Shown here: positions 50,298 to 60,015 of the stretch, piece after piece
Position numbering within the stretch: the first letter of the stretch is position 1
How the letters are laid out: each line of letters starts with the position of its first letter
Assembly: GCA_965218795.1 (NCBI GenBank)
Contig: OZ244653.1
Location: forward strand, 2,496,001-2,560,000
Reading direction: 5' to 3'
DNA length: 64,000 bases
Source of the DNA: a bacterium
GTDB taxonomy: Bacteria; UBA8248; JACPRG01; G963555815
The notes under the pieces: generated by a model
What the model was told of the DNA's origin: nothing
The model's input: only the letters and a program-made list of their open reading frames with translations
Databases searched by the model: none
Translations under genes and position numbers: made by a program

Positions 50298-51152
50298 TCA
50301 TTCCCTCCCCAGCAGGCCAGTCGGCCGCAAGGCGAGGATGAGGATCATGGGGGCGAAGAGGGTGAAATAAGAAAGCTCCGGGAAGAGGGCCTTCCCTAGG
50401 GAGTCGATAATCCCGACGAACAGGCTGCCCAGCACCGCCCCCCCCAGGCTCCCCAGGCCTCCGATGATGACGACCACCAGCGCCAGGGGCAGGACTTCGA
50501 AGTCCACCCCGGGGTAGGCCCCGATGTAGGCCGCGCCCACGGCCCCGCCCAGTCCCGCCAGGAACGCCGAGAAACCGAACATCAGGAAAAACAGCAGGCG
50601 GGTGTTGATCTTCATGGCGCGGGCCATCTCTTCATCGTCCACACACGCCCGGACGAAGGCCCCCACGCGCGTCTTTTCCTGAAAGAACCAAAGAAGAACG
50701 GCGACGGCGGCGCTGACGGCTATTACGAACAGCCTGTATTTCGGATAGTAGATGGGGCCGATTCGGGCGGCGCCTTGCAGCCATTGGGGAGAGGCCATGA
50801 CCATGGGCTCCCCACCCCAGATGACCAGCGACGCATCGGCGATGACGAAGGCGAGCCCCATCGTCAGAAGGACCTGCGGGAGGTCCTTCAGGTGAAACCG
50901 CTTGAGGAGGAACTCCTCGGTCAGACTTCCAATAACCATGACGGTCAGCGCCCCCAAAACCACTGCGAGCAAATAGCTTCCCGTCCATTTCACAACAGAA
51001 AGGGCCACATAAGCGCCCAGCATATAGAAGGAGCCATGTGCGATGTTGATGATCTTCATGAGACCGAAGGCGAGGGTGAACCCGCTCGACAGAAGAAAGA
51101 GGAGCGCCCCGAAGGCCAACCCGTTGAGCAGGTGCAGGCCCCAATACGTCAT
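50298..51152 (-). CDS. livH: Branched-chain amino-acid ABC permease, LivH type
   Basis: LNGLAFGALLFL.SSG.TL.FG, NIAHGSFYMLGAY, GGLGSLGGA, RPTGLLG. Confidence 0.94.
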   Translation of the reverse strand: MTYWGLHLLNGLAFGALLFLLSSGFTLAFGLMKIINIAHGSFYMLGAYVALSVVKWTGSYLLAVVLGALTVMVIGSLTEEFLLKRFHLKDLPQVLLTMGLAFVIADASLVIWGGEPMVMASPQWLQGAARIGPIYYPKYRLFVIAVSAAVAVLLWFFQEKTRVGAFVRACVDDEEMARAMKINTRLLFFLMFGFSAFLAGLGGAVGAAYIGAYPGVDFEVLPLALVVVIIGGLGSLGGAVLGSLFVGIIDSLGKALFPELSYFTLFAPMILILALRPTGLLGRE

Positions 51153-51384
51153 TTGCGTCGAGCCGCTCCTCTCTTCGACAATCGGACTGAAGGCGCAACG
51201 ATTTGGAACAGTAAGATGGCGGAACAGTCGATTTCAGAAGGCCGCCCTGTCATGCGCCGTGCTCCGTCTCTCGGGATCGGTTCCTTCCTCCGACGGCTTT
51301 GCTCCCCTGGAGGAATCGGGGTGATAGGTTCTTTCGGGAGTGAGCGGCGGTCATTGGACCTGCAAAAAGTCCCATCCCGCCGCC

Positions 51385-52143
51385 TCAATTCATATGGCTG
51401 CCCCCTTCGACCAAGAGGGTCTGGCCTGCGATGAAGTCGGACCCATTCGACAGGAAAAACAGGACGGCTCCCACCAAATCTTCTGGATATTGCCCCCTCG
51501 AGATAGCGCGCATGCCTAGCAACGGCGCTTCTTCTTCATCAAAAAGTTCACCCCGAACTTCAGCCATGCTATCGCTCCTCGTCAGGCCGGGACCGATGGC
51601 GTTGACGCAGATGCCGTCCTTGCCCATGGATCTGGCCAATACACGGGTGAGGGTGATCACCGCCCCTTTAGACACGACATAGTGTGGAATGTCCGTATAC
51701 CCCAAGAAGGGAGTCACCGATGCGATGTTGACAATTTTTCCTGAGCCTTGGGCTTTCATGTAAGGGTACACCGCCCTCGAAGCCAGCCAGACACCTTTCA
51801 CGTTCACGGCCATCACCGCGTCCCACTGTTCTGTCGTGACTTGATCGATTGGGCAGTATCGGACGTTTGCACATATGGCGGCATTGTTGACCAATCCGTC
51901 GATCCGGCCAAATTCCTCGTAGCCGGTTCTGGCCAACGCTTCCATGGATCTTTCATCGGTTACATCGGATTGAATATATATCGCCTCTCCTCCGGCACTG
52001 CGGATGTCAGCGACGGCATCTTCTCCGCCCAGAATGTCAGCGACGACAACTTTACCGCCCTCTTTGGCGATATTCCGGGCATAGACCCTCCCGATGCCCC
52101 GCGCCGCCCCAGTGACGATAACGACCTTCTTCTCAAGTCGCAT
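51385..52143 (-). CDS. Short-chain dehydrogenase/reductase
   Basis: TGAARGIG, VNNAA, YVVSK, VNAIGPG. Confidence 0.95.
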   Translation of the reverse strand: MRLEKKVVIVTGAARGIGRVYARNIAKEGGKVVVADILGGEDAVADIRSAGGEAIYIQSDVTDERSMEALARTGYEEFGRIDGLVNNAAICANVRYCPIDQVTTEQWDAVMAVNVKGVWLASRAVYPYMKAQGSGKIVNIASVTPFLGYTDIPHYVVSKGAVITLTRVLARSMGKDGICVNAIGPGLTRSDSMAEVRGELFDEEEAPLLGMRAISRGQYPEDLVGAVLFFLSNGSDFIAGQTLLVEGGSHMN

Positions 52144-52258
52144 GGTATCGTCCTCTCATGAGCCGAAATTGTCCCTTGGGCTTCCGGCGACCGTCAATTC
52201 CGCCGGGAGCCTTCGAAGAGCCATGGACCTTCTCACCGGATTGGAAAGCCCCTCCTGT

Positions 52259-53501
52259 TTATTTGCAATTCTTGCAAGGAGGGAAATCACGGGAATAGGG
52301 CGGGCTCTTCATGTATTCGCAAGGGTTGAAGGTCCAGAACTGGCTGACATTCGGGATGGAGTCAATCACCTCGTTGTCGAGTCCCTTCCCAGCTTTTTTC
52401 TTCACGACCTTTCTGATGTAAATCGTTTCGATTGGGTTGTTGTACTTGTCCAGACGGAGGGGGGAGCGCGGCGCGTCCCGCAAATCCACGGACTTCACCG
52501 CATCGATGAACTTGAGCTTGTCGGTCGGCAGGCCCGTTTTCTTCAGCGCGCGATCGAGCCAGAGGGCAGCCGTATACATCCCTTCCGCGTAATAAGAGGG
52601 GTCCTTCTGATAACGGGTACGAAATGCCTGGACGAATTTCTTGTTTTCCGGCCGCTTGAGGGTGGCCGCGTAGGAATGGGAGGTCAGAACGCCCATGGCT
52701 TCGCTGCCCATGTGCTTCAGGACGTCCTCGTCCGTCATGATGTTGGCACCGACTGATTGGAATCTTTGCCTTCAAGCCAAAGTCCTGATATGCCTTGAAG
52801 AATTTCGGGATGTGTGACCCCACCAGCAGACCAAAGACGGCGTCCACGTCCCGGCGGATCTGGCTGACGTAGGGCCCGTGGTCGGCGGCGTTCAGCGGAA
52901 CCCAGATCTTCTGAACCACCTTTCCGCCGGCCTCCTCGAACGTGCGCTGGAACCCGCCTACGCTTTCCCAACCGAAGGCGTAATCCTGACCCACTGTGAC
53001 CATTTTGCGGTAGCCCAGCTTCTTGTAGGCGTACTCACCAAAGGGGTGGTTGGTTTGGCTGCTCGTCCAGATCATGCGGACGATGTAGGGGCTCCGCTTG
53101 CGCTGCGTGAGGTCGTCGGCCGCCACGATGGGGAGAAAGAGAGGCACTTTGTTCTTGTGTGCGTAGCTCCGGACGGCGTAGCCCTCGAACGCCAGCAGAT
53201 AGCCAACCACAAAGTGCACCTTGTCGTTCTCGACAATCTTGCGCATCTTGGTGATGGCGTTCTGGGGTTTCGCTTCGGTGTCCTCCACGAAGAGCTTCAC
53301 CTTCATGCCGCCCAGCTTTCCGCCGGTCTGCTCCAGATACAGCTTGAAGCCCTCTACCATCTCCTGGGCGCTTTCCGCGACAAAGCCTGTAAGCGGTACC
53401 GGCAGACCGACCCGAAGTTCTTGCGCCGCCGCGGGTCCCGACACACCCGGCTAGGCACACAAGATAAATAGAGCGGCAAAAGTCATCATGATTCTTCGCA
53501 T
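52259..53501 (-). pseudogene. Branched-chain-type ABC substrate-binding protein with an in-frame TAG and a frameshift
   Basis: MRRIMMTFAALFILCA*PGVSG (TAG at 53451-53453); +1 shift near 52756 separates KIPI from VGANIMTDE; DYAFGWE and VSQFWTF motifs. Confidence 0.85.
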
Positions 53502-53575
53502 GGTTCGACCTCCCTCTTGTGCTCGTTCATTTGACTCATCAACCCACATCCTAACTGCCACAAGCCACTTTCTCT

Positions 53576-53974
53576 TTAGCTGTAATGGCCCTGGCCGATG
53601 ACAACTCCCGTTTCCATCATCGGGGCGTCGATCCGATTGTATTTGACGTTGTGATCCACCCCGGCCGGGATCCAGATCGCGGTGGTTTTCGTGAAGATGT
53701 AAAGCTCGTCGTTCAGAGGAACTTCGACTTCAAAAGACCCCTCTCCGCCGGCGAACATCAGGAGTTGCGGCTTGGGGTGGTGATGGATCTCGCAGGTTGG
53801 GTTCGGGTTGGGCAGCCCGGTTCTCCAGAAGATGTCGCAAAAGGCCTCGGCTTCAGGAACCAGCTCCGAGCTCATGTAGATTCGGAAAGGTTCCTCTTTC
53901 GGTTCTCCGTGATACAGGTATTCGGTGATGATCTTGGGTTCCGTGACAATGTATTTTTCATACTTGCGCGCCAC
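53576..53974 (-). CDS. Cupin-like hypothetical protein
   Basis: HHHPKPQLLMF and WIPAGVDH cupin-type motifs. Confidence 0.7.
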   Translation of the reverse strand: MARKYEKYIVTEPKIITEYLYHGEPKEEPFRIYMSSELVPEAEAFCDIFWRTGLPNPNPTCEIHHHPKPQLLMFAGGEGSFEVEVPLNDELYIFTKTTAIWIPAGVDHNVKYNRIDAPMMETGVVIGQGHYS

Positions 53975-54100
53975 CGTTCACAGCTCCTCATCAAGAGTGG
54001 AAGAAAAGGGATTTTTTCGATTCAAGTCCCCTTCATGAAAGCGAGACATCCTCAGACGATTGCCCTCGTTTCAATGTAATGAAGACACCCGGTGACAATG

Positions 54101-54496
54101 TCATTCCACAACTGCAATCGCTTCGATTTCCACGAGGAATCTTGGGTCTGCAAGTCCTTGAAGGACGCAAAGGGTATTGGCCGGGGGATGATTTTTGAAG
54201 CGCCTCCCCACGAGACCGCGCCCCTTTTGGGCATCCTCTTGCTTGACCACGTAGGTGGTCAGCTTGATAACGTCGTCAAAGGCCGCGCCCGCCTCTGCAA
54301 GGGCATCCCGAAGGTTGGACATGACCGACTCCCCCCGGGCCTCGAAACCTCCTTCTCCGACAAGGTTTCTCTTTGCGTCACCCGCAACCTGTCCTGCGCA
54401 AAAGACGATTCGCTGTGCGCCTTCTACAACGATGCGGTGGGAGTAGGCGCTGAACGGCGTGTGAAGGGTCTTCGGTTGAAGAATTGTCTTCTAGAT
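54101..54496 (-). pseudogene. RidA-family gene with a damaged start
   Basis: Frame reads KTILQPKTLHTPFSAYSH...FCAGQV...PPANTL..VQGLA-like LQGLADPRFLVEIEAIAV, preceded by atc-tag instead of a start codon. Confidence 0.75.
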
Positions 54497-54780
54497 GGGG
54501 TCACCTCTCTCGAAGATTAGCGTGAGGCAGCCGTTTGGTCTGCCGGAGAGTTTTTCAAGCGTATCAATCCAAATTTCTCATTTCCACTCGGGACAGACGC
54601 TGGACCCACAACTCATTCTCATTTGGAATCATTAGACTGTTCTCTACCGAACCTGTCAACTCCATGCTTACCGGTCTTTTCCGGGTCCGTTCCCTCCGCG
54701 CCGGCGGTTTGCACGGCGCCACGGAAATGGTCCAATATTATGGGTGGATTACATCCCTGAAACGATTGATGAGGCTCCCG

Positions 54781-57270
54781 ATGGTTTATGGACTCCGCGC
54801 CGATACGGTCTTTCGCGCGGTCATTGCGGCGATGATGGTCATGACGGCGGCGCACGCGACGGCGCAAGACGAGGCGGCCGACAGGGTTCCGTCGGTGGCG
54901 AGCCGCATTCCCCGCGCCACAGCGGAGGCGCCGCGTCCCGTCGCCGTGATCGACCGGCAGGATATCGAGATGTCGGGCATAACGAATGTCCGGAGACTGC
55001 TGCTGAGACGGGCGGTCTTTAACAGCTTCGGTCTCTACCGGCCGCTCGTCCTCGGAACCGGCCGGGCCGCGGTTCTCGTCAACGGGCGCCGCATCGCCGA
55101 CTCGACCCTCGATCTCGACACACTCCCCATCTCGGCCGTCGAACGCGTCGAGATCCTGGGTGACAGCGCCGCCGTCCTGCACGGCGGGCACGCCATCGCC
55201 GGCGCGATCAACATCGTGCTCAGGCGCGGTTACAAGGGCGTCGAGGTCCAGGTGAGCGGCGACCGACCGACCCAGCGGGGCGGCGATTCCGAACATGCGA
55301 GCGCCGTCTGGGGCGGTGCGCTCGGGCGCGGCCGTCTGACGATTGGTTTGGACCACTTCCGGCGGCAGGAGATCCGCGACGCCGACCGGGACTACAGCCG
55401 CGCCAAGTGGACGCCGGGTGGCCCGTTCTCCGAGACGCAGGGCGTCTCGGTCGGCGGCAACACGGTCTTCATCCGCACCGGTGCCGCCTCCTCGGTCGCG
55501 CGTCCCCTCGGCGACTGCAGAGAAAGCGTTTACACCGGCGTGCTCACCAATCCTTACGGTATCTCCGGAACGGGCTGCGGCTTCGCCTACGCCGATATCG
55601 CATGGCACTGGGAGCGAGTTGAGCGGAACGGCTTGTTCCTCAACGCCGATCACCCGCTCGGAGACAGCGTGGATATATATTTCGACGCCCGGGCCGCGCG
55701 GACCAACACCGCGTTTCGGTATGCTCCCTCGGTAGGCACCTTCGCCTTCACGAATACGCTCAACCAAAGACAGATCGTGGCCCACCGATTCGTCGGCCAC
55801 GGCAATCGCGACTGGCGGACGGAGCTGAAAGAATACGATCTCACGCTCGGCCTTCGGGGCCGGTTCGGCGACGGCATCGGCTATGACGCGCATCTCCGGT
55901 ACTATCGGCACGACGCCCTTGAGACCGGCGATACCTTCGTGAGCGAGAGCGCGATTCAGAAAGCCATCACCGATGGCCGCTATGACGTCGAAAACCCGTT
56001 TTCGACGGCTCCCGATCATCGGGCGGCGATTCGGGAAACCGGCCTCCACCTCAGCCGCGACCAGGTCACGGACCACAAGACGGCGCGCGCTTCGTTCGAC
56101 GGCGCGGCGTTCGCGTTCCGCGGCAACGATGTCCGCTGGGCCGCGGGCGCCGAGGTCGCGAACGAGGACTGGCGGGATATCTACGATTACCGGGACGTCG
56201 ACAACCGTTCCTACGAAGCGGGCGACGTGCTCGGGTCCGCCGGCAATTCAGCCTCCGGCCAGCGCCAGCGCTGGGCGGCATTCGCGGAAGTCTCCGTCCC
56301 GTTGCTCGACGATTGGGACCTCACCCTCGCCGGGCGGCGCGACGACTACGACGACGTGGGTGCGGCGTTCTCCCATCAGATCGCGAGCCGGTACCGGCTG
56401 AGCCGCAACCTCGCGCTCCGCGCGTCCTGGAGCGCGGGCGCCAGGGCCCCCAGCCTGCGCGCCCTGCACGCGCTCGAAACGCTCGACTATCCCTTCATTT
56501 GCGATACGAGCAATCTCGTCGGGACGCTCGCAGACTGCGACGAACTCCAGGTGCCGCGCGCGAGCGTCGGGAACCCGGACCTGAAACCGGACGAGGCAGA
56601 GAGTTTCAACTTGGGCGCCACGGCGAGCCTGGGATCTTTTTCCCTCAGCGTGGACTGGTTCCAGATCGAGCTCTCCGACGTGCCGCGCGAGTTGTCCGCG
56701 CAGGCCATCATCGATCTGGAAGCGGAAGGGAAGTTGCCGCCCAGAGCGCAGGTCGTGCGCGATGGCGGCGTGATCGCACGGATCGATAGCCCGTTGTACA
56801 ACAGCGGGGAAGTCGACGTTGCGGGTCTCGACTTTCGGGCCCGCGCCGGCTGGGAAACCGATTGGGTGGATATGACCCTCGACGCCAATTGGTCGCGCCT
56901 GACCCGGTACGAAAGCCGTGTGGCCGGTAGGAAGGACCCGGGCGACTATCCGCGCGACCGCGTCCATACGTCGCTTCGCGCGACCCGGGGCCGCGTCACC
57001 GCGAACTGGAGCGTCCACGCGGTCTCGGGCTATCGGAACGTATTGAGAACCGCCCGCTACAAGGCGTGGGTGGGGCACGATATCACGCTCCGCTATCGCT
57101 ACGCGTTCGGATACGGTGGGCTGGAATTTGTCGGCGGCGTCCTCAACGTCGGCGATCGCGGCCCGTCCACCGACCCCACCGCCCCCGGCCTGGAGAGCGC
57201 GGCCTTGACGCTCGATTCCTCCCTGGGACGCACGGTGTTCCTGACCGCCAAGTTCTCGTTCCGTTTGTGA
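54781..57270 (+). CDS. TonB-dependent receptor
   Basis: Signal peptide, plug VLVNGRR/LPISAVERVEIL/AGAINIVL, GNPDLKPDEAES, terminal GRTVFLTAKFSF. Confidence 0.92.
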   Translation: MVYGLRADTVFRAVIAAMMVMTAAHATAQDEAADRVPSVASRIPRATAEAPRPVAVIDRQDIEMSGITNVRRLLLRRAVFNSFGLYRPLVLGTGRAAVLVNGRRIADSTLDLDTLPISAVERVEILGDSAAVLHGGHAIAGAINIVLRRGYKGVEVQVSGDRPTQRGGDSEHASAVWGGALGRGRLTIGLDHFRRQEIRDADRDYSRAKWTPGGPFSETQGVSVGGNTVFIRTGAASSVARPLGDCRESVYTGVLTNPYGISGTGCGFAYADIAWHWERVERNGLFLNADHPLGDSVDIYFDARAARTNTAFRYAPSVGTFAFTNTLNQRQIVAHRFVGHGNRDWRTELKEYDLTLGLRGRFGDGIGYDAHLRYYRHDALETGDTFVSESAIQKAITDGRYDVENPFSTAPDHRAAIRETGLHLSRDQVTDHKTARASFDGAAFAFRGNDVRWAAGAEVANEDWRDIYDYRDVDNRSYEAGDVLGSAGNSASGQRQRWAAFAEVSVPLLDDWDLTLAGRRDDYDDVGAAFSHQIASRYRLSRNLALRASWSAGARAPSLRALHALETLDYPFICDTSNLVGTLADCDELQVPRASVGNPDLKPDEAESFNLGATASLGSFSLSVDWFQIELSDVPRELSAQAIIDLEAEGKLPPRAQVVRDGGVIARIDSPLYNSGEVDVAGLDFRARAGWETDWVDMTLDANWSRLTRYESRVAGRKDPGDYPRDRVHTSLRATRGRVTANWSVHAVSGYRNVLRTARYKAWVGHDITLRYRYAFGYGGLEFVGGVLNVGDRGPSTDPTAPGLESAALTLDSSLGRTVFLTAKFSFRL

Positions 57271-57676
57271 AGCAGGGCCGCGTGTCGCCAGCCGGCGCCT
57301 TCGCGCTGAACTGGACATCGGCGGAGGCCGGCTCGGGGCATCCGGTGGCGGAATGGGTCGACAGGGCCGCGTTCGTGTGCTCTGGAATTGCGGCGATTCG
57401 CTTACGATATGCTTACGACCGACCGGGTGCGGCCGGCGGGTTGGGAACCCGGCAATCGTCGAAAACAGGCTCCGCAAGATCGGTGCCCCGCCGCCCCATC
57501 TTCTTGAACTGGCTGCCCACGCTGAATGTAGCGGGGGGTTGTTTTTGCCGTCCCCCTACACACGACGCTCGTAGCCTATTAGAGATAACTCTTCGGATTC
57601 AGTGGCACGGGGCTGGCGCGCCTCCCTCCGTGACTTTTGCATCTCAAGACCTCTGCATCAGTGAGTCCGAATTTTT

Positions 57677-57897
57677 GGGAATGATACGCTTGACGAGCCA
57701 GGCTTTTTTCTGGATTCCCGCTTCCGCGGGAATGACAGGCTGTTGTGCGTGGATCTCATTTGTCATTCCCGCGCAAGCAGGGATCCACCTCGAGGGAGAA
57801 ATGGACTTACGCGGCGCCTGACGGTCTCGAGGCGAGGTACGGGTCCACGGGAATCTCCGGAGAATGATACCCCTGGCAGGTCAAGCGTATCATCCCC
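57677..57897. mobile_element. MITE with 26-bp terminal inverted repeats and an 8-bp target-site duplication
   Basis: IRs 57677-57702 and 57872-57897 match at 23/26; gaattttt at 57669-57676 and 57898-57905. Confidence 0.8.
57711..57787. repeat. Inverted pair of REP-like palindromes inside the MITE
   Basis: tggattcccgcttccgcgggaatgaca and tgtcattcccgcgcaagcagggatcca. Confidence 0.8.
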
Positions 57898-58078
57898 GAA
57901 TTTTTCAAACCGAAAGAATCAAAATGATCCTTTACCCGCGTTTTTCGCTGGTGTCTGAGACGGGCTCCTTTTGTATATACTGGACCATCCACGATGATGT
58001 CCCCGGGCGTTATGGGGTCCGACCCGATTCCCGCCGTTACGGAGCAACCCTTGCGCTTCCCCGAAAGGATGACGACCG

Positions 58079-59110
58079 ATGAAGGAAAGCGACCTCTGGC
58101 CGCTGTTGCGCTCCTATTGGCATCCGGTCGCGCTGTCCGCCGACCTGAAGGATGAGAAGCCGCTCGCCGTTCATCTGCTGAATGAGCGTCTGGCGGTCTG
58201 CCGGCTCGGGGGGCGGGTGAAGGCCTATCACGATCTCTGCATCCACCGGGGGACGCCCCTGTCGCTGGGCTGGGTGGAAGGTGAGAACCTTGTCTGCGCC
58301 TACCACGGATGGGCCTATAACGGCGACGGGAAGTGCGTCCGCATCCCGTCGATCCCGACGGAGCACCCGATCCCCAAGAAGGCCTGTCTGACGCCCTTCC
58401 CGGCCCGGGAACAATACGGTCTGGTCTGGGTCTGCCTTTCGGATGAACCCGTCCACCCCATCCCCGACTTTCCGGAATACGACGATCCCGAATACCGGCT
58501 CTTCATGATCCAGAGGAAACGGTGGAAGGGCGGCGCGGCGCGCGTCATGGAGAACTTTGTGGACCTGGGGCACTTTGCGTGGATCCACGACGGCATCCTC
58601 GGGGACCGGTCACAGCCCATCACTCCGGAGGTTCACATGCACCGGGAAGGAGAGATGTTGCGATTCTGGTTCGACAACATCCCGGACAAGACCGCCCCGT
58701 TTATCCATCGCCGCAGCTACCGCCTCTACGCGCCTTGGACACTCCACATGCGAAAGGAAGAAGACCGGGGCAAGGCCAAGGTGTTCCTCGCTCCGCACAC
58801 GGCTCACTCGTCCAATGAGACGACGGAATACATGGTCGTTGTCCGAAATTATGATTTGGACGCTGCGGACGTCGTTCATGGGCCGGTGATCATCAAGGAC
58901 AAGGAGATTCAGGCCGAGGTGATGGATGATTCCGTCGAGGACCTCTTCCAACTCCATGACCTCCTCTTCGAGCAGGATTTCGAGATCGTCGAAAAGCAGC
59001 GGCCCGAGGAGCTCCCACTCGACTTGGCGGAGGAGCTTCACATCAAAGGCCCTGACGCCATCGCCCTGGCCTATCGGCGCATGCTGGGAGAACTGGGCGT
59101 GGAGACGTGA
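58079..59110 (+). CDS. Rieske non-heme iron oxygenase, copy 3
   Basis: CIHRG...CAYHGW, ENFVDLGHFAWIH, QRPEELPLDLAEELHIKGPDA; clear paralog of the 33.8-35.8 kb pair. Confidence 0.94.
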   Translation: MKESDLWPLLRSYWHPVALSADLKDEKPLAVHLLNERLAVCRLGGRVKAYHDLCIHRGTPLSLGWVEGENLVCAYHGWAYNGDGKCVRIPSIPTEHPIPKKACLTPFPAREQYGLVWVCLSDEPVHPIPDFPEYDDPEYRLFMIQRKRWKGGAARVMENFVDLGHFAWIHDGILGDRSQPITPEVHMHREGEMLRFWFDNIPDKTAPFIHRRSYRLYAPWTLHMRKEEDRGKAKVFLAPHTAHSSNETTEYMVVVRNYDLDAADVVHGPVIIKDKEIQAEVMDDSVEDLFQLHDLLFEQDFEIVEKQRPEELPLDLAEELHIKGPDAIALAYRRMLGELGVET

Positions 59111-59252
59111 GGACGACCGGTTTCCCGGGTGATGAAGAGAAGCTATTCTTCAAGGGGAAGTTGATACGGAGAAAACTCTCATCCGCGAAATGGCCGGCGC
59201 GCAAGTGCCCAAAAGGCGCCCCGGCATCTAATCCGAAAACAGAGAGGTGCGC

Positions 59253-60005
59253 ATGACGCTCCAAGGGAAAACCGCCATTGTGACGGGGGCCGCATCGGGT
59301 ATCGGCCGGTCGACGGCCATCCGGTTCGCGCAGGAGGGGGCCAACCTGACCATCGTCGACATGGACGGACCGGGATTGGCGACGGCCGCGGCGGAATGCG
59401 AGCAGGCCGGCGCCAAGGTGCTGGCCGTTGAGAAAAATGCGGCCGATTTTGATGAAATGGATCGGTTCGTGACCGAAACCAATAAGACCTATGGCGGGAT
59501 CGACATCCTCGTCAATACCATCGTCTTCCGCATCCGAAGTCCTTTTCTGGAGGTGAAGCCCGAGGATTTCCGGCGGGTTCTCGAGGTCAACGTCACGAGC
59601 TATTACTTCCTGACGCAGAAGGTCGTCCCCTCTATGATCGAACGGGGCGGAGGCAGCATCGTCCATATTGCTTCGCAGCTCGGCTACGTCGCCATCCCCG
59701 ATTATTCTCCGTACTGCACGTCGAAGGGGGCCATCCTCAACATGACCCGCGCGCTCTCCTATGAACTGGCCGACCGGAACATCCGGGTGAACTCCGTCGC
59801 GCCCGGGCCCACGGACACTCCGGGGATCAACAAAGGGTTTCAGGAAAACCCGCAAGCCCTCGAAAACCTGTTGGCGGACGTCCCGATGAACCGGCTCGGG
59901 AGGCCGGAGGAGATCGCGAACGTCTGCCTGTTTCTCGCCAGCTCCGCCGCCAGTTACATCACGGGCCATAACCTGGTGGCGGATGGAGGATACGTGACCC
60001 ACTGA
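59253..60005 (+). CDS. Short-chain dehydrogenase/reductase
   Basis: TGAASGIG, YCTSK, IRVNSVAPG, ITGHNLVADGG. Confidence 0.95.
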   Translation: MTLQGKTAIVTGAASGIGRSTAIRFAQEGANLTIVDMDGPGLATAAAECEQAGAKVLAVEKNAADFDEMDRFVTETNKTYGGIDILVNTIVFRIRSPFLEVKPEDFRRVLEVNVTSYYFLTQKVVPSMIERGGGSIVHIASQLGYVAIPDYSPYCTSKGAILNMTRALSYELADRNIRVNSVAPGPTDTPGINKGFQENPQALENLLADVPMNRLGRPEEIANVCLFLASSAASYITGHNLVADGGYVTH

Positions 60006-60015
60006 TTGGGCCCGG

